From Lama guanicoe (Eukaryota), in assembly GCA_013239625.1 (NCBI GenBank), contig MU053376.1:2344507-2408506 (forward strand): 64,000 nt of DNA, given 5' to 3'. The position numbers and the translations under genes are program-made. Positions 1 to 13,781 of the stretch are shown here, piece after piece. The notes beneath the pieces are model-generated. The model saw only the letters and a list, made by a program, of their open reading frames with translations, was not told where the DNA came from and did no database searches. Each line of letters begins with the position of its first letter. Position 1 is the first letter of the stretch.

Positions 1-98
1 AAAAAAAGAAAGAAAGAAAGAAAGAAAGAAAGAAAAAGAAAAAGGAAGGAAGGAAAGAAAGGAAAAGAAAAAATCGAAATAAGAAAGAAAGAAAGGAA
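1..98 (+). repeat. (GAAA)n / purine-rich simple repeat
   Basis: Direct reading. Confidence 0.9.
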
Positions 99-1929
99 AT
101 ATGGCAAAATATTAATACCTGAATTGTGGGTACATTGTTGTTATATTTTTCTGTGTACTTTGCTCTCTTTATTTCAAAATAAAAAGAATGGTTTGGAAAC
201 CTCATTGAAATGCTTCACGGACACATGGACACACGGACACACACAAAATGATTTCAGAAAACATAGCCAGAGGACGTAAGAGCTATCTGCTTGTATGAAT
301 TTTAGGGACTATAGCATTTTTGGTTTTGTTTTTTGTTATCAGGAATAGAAGAAGCCAGAGCTCTCTAAGGAAGTACATTTCAACCTGGATGCACTTGCAA
401 ACAATCTGAAGCTTTAAAAACTAGAGAGGTTCAGGTCTCACTCCAAATCTGCTAAATTCAGGCTTTCAGAGCTGGGAGGTAGGAGTCATACGGCTGTAGG
501 ATGTGCCCTGGGGATTCTGGGGCAGCTGGTCTGGCAGAGATCCAGGGACTATCATTTGGAAGCCACCCCAGTAAGGCGAGAGGGAGAATCATTCCAGCTC
601 CAACATTATAATGTCAACTCATCTTTTCTCTCCTTGCTCAATCTTTGTCTTTTACCTTCCATTCCCACCATAACATGGGGCAGGAGGCTCGGAAAAGCTT
701 CACCTCTCATTTCTCTTCTAGGGCAGCACAGGGACCTATCTAGCTGTGTACAATCCAGAAGGGATTTATATATTGGAATCTAGTACGTTTATTAATTTGC
801 ATTGTATTTAAGTACAGGTTGCTTGCCATTTACGCCCACCTGCTGAGTTTGCAGATGACAGTTGCAGGATGTGGGCTCCCAGACCCTGGAAGTCATGGAA
901 CCAAGTTGGAGCAATCTGTCCAAGTCATGGATTAGAGGCCCTGGCACTGGGAGAGTTGGGGCCAATGAACTCTGAAGTCCTTTCCAACACAACATTCCAT
1001 GGCTTCGGTGTTAACCATTTCAACTGGTTCTTTTCTAGATTTTCATCTGTTTTCTAAACCTCCATAGATTGGTTGGAATCATGTGGGTAGTGAGAAGCTG
1101 AAAGTGACTAGAGAGGGAAGGAGTTAGGGTGCATGAAGTCTTCCCAAGTGTGCATCATTTGAGTCATAGGTTGCATCTTTATTCTCAATAACAAGCTTTT
1201 ATTGATGTCAGCATCTTTCCAGGCACAATGCAAGCTCAAATAGGAGATTTATTATTTAAAAGTGTTCCTGACTAGAGACACCTGACGTAAGACCCAGGAA
1301 TCAAACAAGAGCGCAAACCACCAAAGAAACCTCCTCACCCAAGCTCCTTGACTGCTTTCTACACCTTCATTTGAGGGTGGAGGAGGAGAAGATGTGCTGG
1401 GGGTTTTTCAACCTAAAATTCTCTCTCTTTTTTTTTTGACCCAGAAATTCCATTACATCATAGGGGAATTAGCTGTGCCCTTGAAGGAATGAACGGGTAC
1501 TGACTGCTGTGGGTGGAATGATCTGAAAACCAAAGGAATGCTCTTTGGAAGAAGATTTCATCAGCCCCCGTCCTTTCCAAATCATACAACTTCAAAGTTC
1601 CACTCCATCCTGGACTCATCTGTGGACACTGTACTGATCATTCAAGCCCTATCTAATGTCCCCTACCCACACCTGGCTCTGATTCTAGAATACATCTGTA
1701 TCTGTACAATTCATTCAGCTTTTAATCATGTATCTATTTCTGATAGCTCTTAATTAGCTGTCTTAGATTGTCATTTATCCTTTTATGCTAGTTTACATTT
1801 TCCAGGATGCTGTGAGCAAATTAATGCATTTACATAATTCATTTACATGTCCAACACATGACTGTTGAGTACCAACTTACGCCAGCCATTGTTCTAGGTC
1901 CTGGGAGATCTATCTATCTATCTATATTT

Positions 1930-3280
1930 CAGATGGTAGGCACTACAAAGACAAGTGAAGTTAAATAATATGATAAGGGAAATCATTGATCAGGAAAATG
2001 AATGATAATTTCATTCATTCTTTTGATTTATTTATCAAAAAAACCATATGCTAGATGCTTAAGAAATTGCATCTGTTGACCAGAATAAGCCATTACAAAA
2101 AGGAAACAATCCAAGTAGAAAAAAAATATTATTAGGCTGGAAAACATGGTTATTGAATTATACTCTAAAATGGAAGCCATGACTTACAAATGAATGCTGC
2201 ACGAAACTCAATTAATGAGTAGAAGATCTACTGAAGATAAATTTCCTAGAACACAAAGGCAAAAGATAAAGAAATGAAAATGAAAGAATAGAACAGTTGT
2301 GAAACACAGATATCAAAGAGCCAACCCACAAAAGGCAGGCGTTCCTAAAACAATTGGCAGAATCGTCTATAGCAGAAGCCATATGTAGATTTATTAGCCT
2401 TAAGTAAAATTTTGTTTTTGAAATTGAATGCGCTTATTGTATTAATTAGGAATCTTTGGGTTGTGTCAGGGTCCCAGTTCAAATGGCCTTAAAGAAAAAG
2501 AGGGATTTTATTGGCTCACATAATGAAGTCCACAGGCTTGCCAGGAACCTCTCTCCAGTCCCCTGGGTTGACTTCATTCTTGCGTAGGTTGTTTCCAAGG
2601 AGTGACACCCAATTGCTCCAGGTCTGTATTCTTCTGGCTTTCCAAGTCCCATGGGAGGAAAGAGTGGTCTATCTCTGTTACTTGTGACATTAACCTTGGG
2701 TTAATTCTTGCTGACTCTGGCCTGGCTTGTGTCACATACTCACCATTGACTCAATCCAGGTGGCTGAGAAGGGTTGTTGCATTAGTCTCATTGGCAGCCT
2801 GCTCTCCCTCCTGGGACGAGGAATGTTTGGCTCTACCCAGTGTCCACATGGACTACAAGTCCGGGAGAGGCGGCTTCCCAGAGGATGATGGGGTTGCTGA
2901 CTCCCGAAGGAAGGGGAATGGATGCTGGGTTGGCTAGATAACATCACGTTGGGCAGATGAATAAAAGAACTACTCGCAGACCTGTTCATGTAGAATTTGT
3001 AAATTTGGAAGATTATCAAAACCCTGTAAAAAAAAAACATGCAGGAAGAATAACAAAGACACCTTTGCTTCAGATTTCGCCTCCTAACTCCAAATGCTAG
3101 AAGGCAGTGAAACAAGGTCTTGAATTGGGAAGGAAAGAGGTTGTGTGACCCAAGAATTGTATACCTGGGCAAACTGTCACTCATCGTATGTGTACTCTGA
3201 AAATGTAATTCTCAGGACACTCCTTGATCAAACTAGTAAACAATGAGATCCAGAACAATGAGGATAAATTAAAGATAGGT
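1930..3280 (+). mobile_element. Highly decayed old L1 (ORF1-like) fragment with a MaLR/MLT1-like insert at about 2437-2930
   Basis: A-rich L1-like sequence (e.g. caagaattgtatacctgggcaaactgtca) interrupted by a TG-initiated MLT1-like segment. Confidence 0.45.
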
Positions 3281-5489
3281 ACAAATCATCACCAAATCCT
3301 GTGGTTCTACCTCTGAAATTGACTCCCTTTCCACCATTGCCTCTAGTCCAAGGCACCATCATCTCTCTTCTGGACCTTTGCCATAATCTCTTGTCTTTCT
3401 CTTCCGCTCTCAGGCCCTCTAAGCCATGTGTTGCATCTTATCCAATGGTCTCCTAGTAAGCCAGATCACGCGTCCTTGCTTAAAATAATCCATCTATGGC
3501 TTTGTATGGCATGTAGCATCAATTCAGCTTCTTACCATGGCTTTCAAGACCTTGCCTGTGCAGACTCCGTCTCTGTGCATTAACCCCAAACACTCTGCCC
3601 TTTGGTCACTCACTGCGGTCACCTAGCTACTTATCAGTTCTTTCTGTGAAGGTGCCAAGCTCCTTCCTCTGTCGGGGCCTTCAGTTCTCTTTGGCTGGGT
3701 CCTCTTTCATCTCATCTTAACTAATTGCTCCGCTTCCTCTGATGTGCCCAGGTCTCACAATCTAAAAATAAGCTTCCTTCTATTTTTCTTGGCATCCTTA
3801 TCTCAAGCCACTAATCGCCATCTGTAATCATACATTTATTGTGTTTACTTGTGTTATATCTGTTTTGTCCTAGAGTATGAACTCCATGAATTCAGGAACC
3901 CTGTTCACCACTGAATTCCCAGGTCTTAGCACTTTGTGGGACATGGCATAGTGCTAAATATATATCTTCAGCAGAAAAGAGAGAAAATAAAAAACACTGA
4001 AATGAGGCAATGATATAAAAATGAATATATAGGAAGATGCTGAAGTAGTTGATTTAATTATAGTTTCCAAGGGGATGGCAAACATTTTTTTCTATTCAAG
4101 AAATGATATTGCACAATGGGGTAGGGGGCAGGTTTTAAAGTTCTATATTAAATGAACAAATTCAGTATATAGTGCTTTCTGTTCCTGATTTAGTGCCATA
4201 AAAAAGGATACAGACTGATGTGATACAGAGGCTCTGGGAGGAGAATTAGCTGTGCACAGAGAGTGACTGTGGTCTCGAAGGAAGGATGGACTTCAGTGCA
4301 TCAGGGAGAGATGAGAAGGGCCTTTCGTGTGTGAGTGTGTGTGTGTGTGACTGTGTGATGTGTTGGTGTGTATGTGAGTGTGTGTGTATGTAGCGGTAAG
4401 GTAGCAACAGACTTTCTCAAATTGGGCTGAGTGAGTGTGGAGAGGTGAGAGGGTGAGGAGCAGGGTGCGGCTTCCATGTCCCAGAGCGCTCACAGCGGGT
4501 GAACATTCAGAGGAAATCAGGAGCTGCTGCCACGAGGACAGAGCTTCCTTCCTGGAGGGGACCGGGTGGTCCGTCCGAGTGTCAGAGCAGCCCTAGGACG
4601 TTGGTCTGTGGACAACAAGGACACCTGGTGGCACAAGAAGGAAGGGGCCAGGCAGATGGAGCAAAGATGCTACCAGGGCTGGAGGAGCCCCAGAAAGGAA
4701 GGCCTGGGGGGCCTAGTAAATGGAGGGGTGCGCGAGGAGCCTGGATGACAGAAAAGGAAGGCAGAAGGCTCTGGAAACAAATTTGCACGACTCCTCACGA
4801 ACCCAGGAGTAGGTTGTCATAGGGGGAGCAAGCAAAGCTGCGCTCTATTCCTGGAAGACAGTCTTTCTCTATGTTGGTGATGTGTCCCTCCAGGTGGCCC
4901 CCATGGGTGTGCTGCCCACAGATGGGGGCACCTTAAGGCACCTCCGCTCAGAGAGACAGAGGTAGCATCCTTAGGAAGCAGATCCGGACTGGCTTACCTG
5001 TCTCTGCTAGTTTGTATGTCTGTAACCTCAAGCTAGTTCAGTATCTTAAGATGCTCCCATTGTAAGGAAGCCACGATAATGAACGATGCTCACATCCTTC
5101 TGTGTGATCCCCGTATGTGACAGACTTTGTGATCTGTTATGTCAGTTATGTTTGGTCCTGGACAGTGTAGAGGGTAGGTGGGCGTGAGACTCTGGAAATG
5201 CTGTCTGTGGGCCTGGCCTCCACTGGCTTTTCCTGCCAGGTCTTCACTTGAGCTCAGACTCAGAGAAAGTCTCTGTTGGCACCTGAATAGAACATTCCTC
5301 TGCCTCGTCTTCAGCTCTGGTAGGGACTTAAAAAGATGATTTTATCTTTCACCCAGTCTCTGAGAAAGTCTGCAATGCACCCCTCCCAACCTCTGGGCAA
5401 CTAGCTACTTTTAAAAGAATCACCAGAAAAGGAAAATTCGGTGCACTCTATGTGACAACCACATGTGAATAAAAAGGTTCGGAAAGCAA

Positions 5490-5508
5490 TTGCCACTAGA
5501 GGGCACCA
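5490..5508 (+). promoter_or_regulatory. CTCF core motif (forward)
   Basis: TTGCCACTAGAGGGCACCA matches CCASYAGRKGGCR. Confidence 0.6.
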
Positions 5509-5749
5509 TAGCAGGCTGGGCGCATCTGACGAGAACTACTTCAGACAAGAAACGGTAGCTGTGGGAGTGGGCTGGGAGGGCTGAGAAGGATATATTTCCA
5601 CTAAGTGACTTGCAAGATACTTTTCGTCATTTCTAATGAGATTGACGGGAATTTCCTTCGATTAATCAGTGGATGGTACGTTGCTGCTCATCAGTTGCTG
5701 GGTGTGGAATCAACCATCCCATCTTTGCTTTTGAAAACCTTACAGCAAT

Positions 5750-8700
5750 TTTATCAGGGGGGCAGTTGCCTTCGAGGGGATGCCCATTCTTCTCGAGACC
5801 CAGCCTGAGCACTTTTTAGTGCCATTGGGCTCAGAATTAGGGTCGGATTGCAGTGTTTCTCTAGAGGGGACAACTACAAAATCTGACTCAGAAGGCAACA
5901 GTTTGTGCACTAAAAAGCAGTACAAGATTCTGCAATAATATATATTGGGAGAAACCTGGGAAATACATATGGGAGGATATTTTAAGGGTCCTGGACTGAG
6001 GATGATAGAATATAGCACTTTATCAGATCAAATTTATTGGGTACATTTGTTAGATATTCTGGGTTTAATGTATTAGTTCTGACAACTAGAAGTAGCTCTA
6101 AAAATATCTTGGTTGGCTGACTGAATCCTTGGACTCAATGGTGGCATATGTTTAATAAGGTTGGAATGCTAGAACTTCCCTGGTGGGATGTAGAGAAAGG
6201 CATTCAAGACTTAGGGGAAAGGAATGATGAAGTGACTTTATCACATGAGATCCGCACACCTGTTGTGGGAGAATAGGTTCTTGCCTCGCGCAGGAAGGAA
6301 TTCAAGAGCAAGACATGATAAAGGGAAAGCAAGTTTATTTAGAGAGATACACACTCCTTAGACAGAATGTGGGCCATCTCAGAAAGGGGAGAGGGAGAGC
6401 AACTGAGAGGTGTGGGGTGTTTAGTTTAAAGTAAGAGTAGATGCACACCCATAGACAGAGTGCAGGCGTCTCAGAAGGCGATAGAGAGAGCGACCATGAG
6501 GTGCAGGGTTGTTAGGTTTTATGGGGTCTCGGTGATTTCATACGCTAACAAGTTGGAGGACTACTCCAGCCACCTTGCGGAAGGCCCGAGGATTTCCAGG
6601 AAAAGCCCCCGCCCACTTTCTGACCTTTTATGATCAGCCTAGGAACTGTCATGGCACCTGCGGGTGCGCGGTGAGGCTCAAGGTCTACTGGAAATTGAAT
6701 CTTCTACCATCTTGGCTCTAACCAGTTTGCCCTGTCCTCAGTGGCTGTGTCATGCCTTCACTGGTTGTGCCCTGTCCCCTTTCCTCCCACTTCACACCCA
6801 CCCCCCAAAACATCAACCAGAAAGCCCGGAGGACAACTGATTAAGACAAAGAAAAATACATTGCTGATGGTGACACTTACATCTCTGAAAAACTGGGGGC
6901 TGCAAGCAGGACGTAGTGGTGAAAGGTGCCTCAGCTGACTTGAGCTCCCTGTTTTTGCTGGGAGGAACGGGATTCCCTTACCGTAGAGGCCAAATGACAG
7001 AACTTAACCAGCAGAGACAAGACCACGCTCATCATAAAAAGCAGCGAGGGCATAGCGGCAATCACTGTTTTGAAACCTAGAGATTTTTAGTGGGACTAAC
7101 TGATAAAGGTGCACCTAGGAATGAAAACAGTGGCATCCTACTAGCATGTTGCTCGATCTATATAAAAAGCCTAGTGGCCAAGTATTTGACTTGAGTGGCC
7201 TCTAATCCAATTTTCAGACCTAAGCCAGTTCCAGGCTCAGAGTCCCTTGATCGAAGGGGGACAAAATGACCCATGCTGTGGCTTTCAGTGAGGATATTTC
7301 CCCAGCTAGTCCAGTGCTTGGTTTACGGGCTTGTGTGTAAAGTGGCCATGGTGGCAAGGATGGGGACGATGTGTGGGCTCAGTGGCATAGACTTGTCCTA
7401 ATCAACGCTTTTCTGACTTTCAATGCCACTGAATGCCTCACCTGCCAACTAAACTAAGCCCCTGATATGGCACCATTCCCTAAAGGACAGCCCACAGCGG
7501 AGGACTGGTTACACGGCACCCCTTCCTTCATGGAGGAAGTCAAACATTTTCCTCCCTGGAGGAGACATGGATTCTGACCACATATTTCCTTTCCTGCCCA
7601 AGAATCTTCTGCCAGCACCATCTGTGATTACAAAATATAGGGTACTGTACGCAACATTGCTTGTGATCAAGAAAAGCATTTCAGGAGAAATACAGCAATG
7701 GGTTCATGCCTGAGAAATTACACCACATACCCCACCACCCAGAAGCAGCTGGCCTAAGAGAAAGATGCATTGCCCTACTGACCTATGGTACCAGTTGAGA
7801 AATCACACCCTGGAAAGACAGAGGCTCTTCCTCGAAGGATGTAGATTATATTTTGAATCGTAGACAAATATATATAGTCCTGCATTTACCATAGCCAGAC
7901 CACATGGGTCTGGGAATTAGAGGCAGAAGCAGGCTGGCTCCTCTCACTACTAAATCTTATAGGCGGCCCACAGGTTTTTTTTGCTTCCCATCCCTGTGAT
8001 TTTGAGCTCTGCTGGTCTAAAGTCTTGATTCCCAAGAAGCAAATGCTTTACCACGGCATGCACCAATATTGCACTGATTTGGAAGAGGAGAATGCCCCCT
8101 GGCTATTTTGGGTTCCTCGTGCTGCTGAACCAAAAGGCAAGGAAAAGACTCACCCTGCCGGCTGGGGTGGTTGATACTGATTTCCAAAGGAAAATTGGGT
8201 TACTGCTACTCAGTGGGGGCAGGGAGGACTATGTTTGGAATGCAGGGTGTTCTCTGGAGTACCTTTCAGTATTATCATGTCCAATAGTAAACTTCAATGG
8301 TAAAAGATGGCCATTTCCCCACTCCCCTGCCAAAGTCATAACCAGCGATGCTTCAGATCCTTCAGGCAAGTTAGCTTACCCCATCATAATAAGAAAAAGC
8401 CAACCATCTTAGGCACTGGATGAAGATAAAGGAAATATGCAGTGGGTAGTGGAAGAAAAATGACACATATCAGTTACGGCCTCATGACCCGTTACGCTTA
8501 CTAGTGAATATGTGTGTCTATGTAATTGTGCACATTGTGTCCTGTATTCTCTCTCCTTTGTGTCCTTATTATTCTGACATGTTTTGCTGGAAGTTAAGTT
8601 TACAGTTTGCTTTGTAGGAAGCATATATTCAGATGGGATTGTGGCTGACTTTGAGAAATAATGAATGTTCCTCAGAGATGAGCTGGGACTTCACAAAGCC

Positions 8701-8860
8701 TGAATTTGGGGAGAAGGCAACACTTGTCTTGGTTTATATGCAGAAAAGCTGCATTTTGAGGAGAAAACAAAGAGGGTTTTTTTTTTTTTTGATGGCTAGA
8801 TCAAAATTCAAATTTTTGTAGGGTAGTGTTATAAACGCTGAATAGCCAAAGAGGTGGCCT
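5750..8860 (+). mobile_element. Degenerate ERVL-class provirus internal region (gag, integrase and dUTPase remnants)
   Basis: ORF 8092..8412 (PPGYFGFLVLLNQKARKRLTLPAGVVDTDFQRKIGLLL..GGREDYVWN) resembles the ERVL dUTPase after IN. Integrase HHCC-like remnant near 7340 (agtggccatggtggcaaggatggg). PPT-like gccaaagaggtggcc then TG at about 8860. Confidence 0.8.
6261..6794 (-). mobile_element. Solo ERV1-type LTR inserted in the ERVL remnant
   Basis: TG...CA termini, 4-bp TSD CACC (6257-6260 and 6795-6798), TTTATT (minus-strand AATAAA) at about 6334. Confidence 0.85.
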
Positions 8861-10062
8861 GTATCATTTGTTAAATTATTGTATCTCAACTCCAACCCCT
8901 TTTTTTTTGAATGGGAAAATAATTTTATTTCGTTTTGGGGGAGTGGGCAGGTGTCCCATCTCAGAGCTTCTGGAATTGCTTCTTGGTGCCAGCAGCTTTG
9001 GTGACCGTGAGCACCAAGGAGCCCAGCACCAGGATGCTGAAAACCACTATATTGCTTTTCCAGTTGGCTCTCCTGTTAGGGACACTGGACAGAGACTGAA
9101 AAGCTGAAGGAAGAACAAGAGCTTTGCTCCTTGCCCTGTATTTCTTGAGGGTTTCCTGTCTGATTGTGGTTCCTGTGAGTATTACCCCAGTGAACTTCTT
9201 TATCACAACATAAGCATTTTCTTCTTGTAGCAGCAGCTGAATTCAGTTTGCAGTTTTTCTAACATTTGCAGAATCAGCCTCATCTGGCCTCCCTTGGGGA
9301 TACCAATACGAGCTAGCCAGTGCGCCTTCAGCAGAGAGCTGGGTCCCGGTCCCCTGGGTCCCCTCTTCTGAACGCAGAACATCTGAACGTCTAACGCCGG
9401 CTGAGCGGTGCTTCCTACTAACAGGGCTGAGTTTCAGTTCCTCAGGACGTCTCTACTAAGTTTCTAAATGCTAATAATTTCTACCTTTTTGCTTTGTGTC
9501 CTCAGAACAGTCTTAACAGTTGCAACTTCTGTGCTATTTTACAGCTCCCTTTTAACCCCGTTAGTTACTGTCATGGTTAGTTTTATGTGTCTATTTAGGT
9601 AGTCTATTTATTTAGTCCAGTTATTTAATGAAACACTAATCTAGGTGTTGCAGAGTTGGTGAACATCAATGATCAGTTGACTTTAAGTAAAGGAGATTAC
9701 TGCCAATAATGGAGGTGGTCCTCAATTAATCAGTTGAAAGATTTTATGAGCAAAAACAGGTTTCTTGGAGGAAGAAGAAATTCCACTTCAAGACTGCAAC
9801 ATTAGCTCTTGCCTGAGAATTTTCAGCTTGCCAACCTGTCCCACAGATGTCAGACTTGCTAGCTTCGGTCACTGTGTAAACTGATTCCTGAAATAAATCT
9901 ATTTATATATATATATAAAGAGACTTTGGTTCTGTTTCTTTGGAGATCTCTGACAGGTACAGTTATCTACTTAGGATCTTTGTATCTATTCACATATATT
10001 AAACCCTCTCTATTCAAATAGCTGGTATGGTTTTTATCTCCTGACTGAACCCTAACTGATTC
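8860..10062 (+). mobile_element. Probable ERVL 3' LTR interrupted by an MLT2-like LTR (about 9568-9960)
   Basis: Follows the PPT. The MLT2-like segment has tgtcatggttagttttatgtgtc...atcagttgactttaagtaaaggagattac...aataaatct(at)n...ttggttctgtttct. The outer LTR ends ...ctgaaccctaactgat. Confidence 0.6.
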
Positions 10063-10516
10063 GGTGCTGCAGATTTGGTGGAAACTTTAAATAAAGACTC
10101 CCACTCTAAACGTGAGTTTAAACAGCTAGAGCTGGCAAAGAATGCTTAGGCAGAGAGAACAAGTGCCAAAGCAGAGTGTGCAGGTTATAAGACTAGTAAG
10201 AGACAGTAACCTCACAGAGCAGGGATGCAGCGTTCTGCGGAGCATGATGGAGGGAATCAGACTCCCAGAGGAAACCAGTTAAAAAGCTACAATTAGAATA
10301 CGCTTTGAACACATACAGATTTGAAGAACAGGTGCTTTCTACAAATAACTACGAGTCCTCTAGAAGGACAGGATTACCCCAGTGCAGAAGGAAAGCAGAA
10401 CAGAACACCTTGGGTCATGTCAAAGATTGGAAGTTGGAAGAGAGAAAACCACAGTGGATCAGAGCAGAAGCTACTCATCTGAGATACTGGTTTAGGGTCC
10501 AGTTCTTCAGAGATGA

Positions 10517-11010
10517 TGTTCTGTTTATACATTTCTGTGTATCAAATCATCTAAAAATATAGAGGCTTAAAACAGCAACAATCATTCATTTTTGTTCACA
10601 AATCTGCCGTTCCGGCAGGGCTCACTGCAGACAGGTTGTTTCTGTTCCACACAATGTTAGCTGGAACAGCCAGACTGGGGCTGGCAGATCCATTTCCAAG
10701 ATGTGTCACTTGTATGGCTGGCGCTGGCTCTCCAGGAGCCTAGCCAAGGTGCTGGGCTATGAGCCCCCTCTCCAGCTGGGCCTGTCTCCAGGCAGTTTGG
10801 GGTTACCTATGGTACAACGGCTAGGACCAAAGAACAAGCATCCGAAGAGAGAGAAAGTAGAAACTGATGGTATATTAAAGTCTGGGCTCAGGAATTGGCA
10901 CAACGTTGCTTCCACTGAATTCCACTAGTCTAGTCACAAAACCCAGATGCAAGGACAGGAGATACAGATCCCACTTCTTAGTGGGAAGAGGGTCAAAGAA
11001 TTGTGGGAGT
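10517..11010 (-). mobile_element. MaLR (MLT1-like) solo LTR
   Basis: Typical MLT1 text: ggcttaaaacagcaacaatcattcattttt...gatccatttccaagatg...cccacttcttagtgggaagag. Confidence 0.65.
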
Positions 11011-12298
11011 CATGTTTTAAAGCTACTGCAGAGGAAATATTAGAAGCAGCAATCAAAAGTTTACTCTCAATAGTCCCTAGCTGGCCAAGTTAACTGGTCA
11101 AGTGTGTATAGTTCTCTTTCCATTGAGTGCGTTCAGTCATGTAAGTCCTTTTGAGATCCTGAGTTAAAGTACCCTTTGTTATTATATATGTGCCTTTCTG
11201 GGTTAGGTCAATCCTACATGATTAGGAACATGATTTTTAGGGTTAGAATCAGCAAAATGGAAGCAGCATGATCCTATGTAAAACATAGTCTTAGCAAGAA
11301 AATGACACCAAGGCAAGTAATAAACATGTCTTAGAAGCAGCCAGATAAAAAGGACACATTATGTACAGAGAAACAGAGACAAAGTTGATAGCAGATTTCT
11401 CACTGGAAACAATGCGAGTGAAAGGAAGTGGAGCGTTACCTTTAAAGTATGGGGAACAAAATCTGTCAATCTAGAATACTACGCCTAGTGAAAATTTCTT
11501 TTAAAAAATGAAGATCAGATAAAGGCTTTTTTAGAAATACAACAGTTGAAAGAATTCATTGCCAGCACACCTGCACTACAGGAAATGTTACAGAAAGTCC
11601 TTAAGGCAGAAGAAAAGTAATACTAGATGGGAATCTGAATGCACCCAAAGGGTTAAAGTGCAGTGGAAATGGTATCACATGAATAAATGTATCAGATTTT
11701 TTTTCTTTTAAAAATCTCTTTAAACAATAATTGACTGTCTAAAAAATAGCAGTAAAGTATTTCGGAGTTAATAAAATAAATATAGGTAAAATATGACAAA
11801 AATCACATAAAGGCTGGGTGGGGAGAAATGAGAGTACACTATTGTAAGGTTTTATAAGTAACATGAAGTAGTGTAATATGATTTGGAGGTGAGTTAACAA
11901 TGTCTACTAAACCCTAAGGCAACCACTGAAATAACAAAACTAGGAGTTATGCTCAATAAGCTAACAAAGGAGATAAAATGGAGTCACCCTTATGATCACC
12001 TCAATGAATTCAAAAGAAATCAGAAAAAAAGAAGAGGGGAAAAGCAGTAAAAAACAGATGGTACAAATAGGAAACAAATAGCCACAAGGCAGACTTAAAC
12101 CTAACCATATCAACAATCACATTAAATATAAATGGCTTAAACACCTTAATTAAAAAGCAGAGCTCATCAGATTGGATTTAAAAAATTAAGACAATTACAT
12201 GCTGCTGTCTACAAGAAAAACACTTTAAAGACAAAAATATGTTAAAAGTAAAAGAATGTGAAAAAAACCAAAAGATATACCATATTAACACTAGTCAA

Positions 12299-12430
12299 GG
12301 GGGAGGGTGTAGCTCAAGTGGTAGAGCCCATGCTTAGCATGCACAAGGTCCTGGGTTCAATCCCCAGTACCTCTTCCAGATATAAATAAACCTAATTACC
12401 TCTCCCTCATAAAACAAACAAAAAGTAAAA
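12299..12430 (+). mobile_element. tRNA-Ala-derived SINE (camelid Vic-1-like)
   Basis: GGGGAGGGTGTAGCTCAAGTGGTAGAG (A box)...GGTTCAATCCCC (B box), A-rich tail, perfect 12-bp TSD AACACTAGTCAA (12287-12298 and 12431-12442). Confidence 0.9.
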
Positions 12431-13781
12431 AACACTAGTCAAAGGTAAACTGGAGATTATAATACACACACACATATACACATTTTCTAATCAGAATGGA
12501 ATTAAATTAGAAATCAATAGGAGAAAAATATTTGGAAAATTCCCAAATATTTGGAAACTAAGTGAAACACTTCTAAATTTGTGGAATGTTACTAAAGCAA
12601 TACTTAGGAAGAAATTTATAGTATCAAATGCTTGTATTAGAAAAGAATTTCCTCCATAGCTAACATCATACTTAATGGAGAAAGACTCAATACACTCTCT
12701 CTAATATCAGGAACAATATAAGGGTATTCACTCTCACCGCCTGTATCTAACATTGCATTTGAGTTACTAGTTCCACTGTAATAAGGCAAAATAAATGCAT
12801 GTGTACATAAACAAAGAAACAAACAAGTAAAAGGCATCCAGATTGAAAAGGAAGAAATAAAACTGTCTTTATTCCTAGCGTAAATAGAAAATTTTATAAA
12901 GTCTACAAAAATGTTATTGGAACTAGTGAGTCAAGCAAGGTTGTAGGATACCAGATTAATAAACAAAAAATTGATTGTTTCTAAGTTCAAAATTCAGTTG
13001 ATTCTATATATAGCAATGAACAGAGATTAAAATTGAAAAATACTATTTATAATGGCATCAAAATGTGAATGTGAAATACCTAAGTTTAAATAAAAAATTA
13101 GAAAAAATTAGGCAGTGAAAACTACAAAACATTTCTGAGAGAAAGTAAAGAAGACCTAAGTAAATGGAGAATTATATCTTGTCCATGGGTCAGAAGACTC
13201 AGTATTGTTAATATAGCAGTTCTTCTCAAATTGATCTGTAGATTCAACAAACACCAATCAAAATTCCAACAGATGCTTTTTGTAGAAATTGACAAGCTTA
13301 TTCTAAAATTCATGTAGAAATTCAAAGGACTGAGAATAGTTAAAACAACTTTGAAAAAGATGAATAAATTTGCAGAGCTAACACTTCCTGATTTCAAGGC
13401 ATATTATAAAGCTATGATAATCAAGACAATGTATCAAGATAAATAGATCAGTGAAACAGAATAGTGACTCCAGAAATAGACCTGCACAGATCCGGTAACA
13501 GATTTTTGACAAAGATGAAAAGGCATTCGGTGAAGAAAGGATAGTCTTCCTGCGAATGATGCTGTAAAACTTGGTTATCTATATTTTAAAAAAATGAAAT
13601 TTGACCCTTTCCTCACACCATATATGAAAATGGATCATAGATTTAAATGTACAACTTAAAATTATAAAACTTCTAGAAGAAAACAAGGGAGAAAATCTGT
13701 GTGACCTTGGCTTAGGCAAAGATTCCATAGACATCACACTAAATGCACAATCCATAAAAGAACAAGTTGATAAATTGGATT

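Noticed and set aside
4293..4500. Possible orthologue of the human long-isoform IL19 upstream exon (HTH-rich)
   Set aside because: The His/Thr-rich translation comes from a degenerate TG repeat and is on the wrong strand.
12299..12372. tRNA-Ala gene
   Set aside because: Acceptor stem is imperfect, it is followed by a SINE tail and TSD, and several diverged copies exist. It is a SINE.
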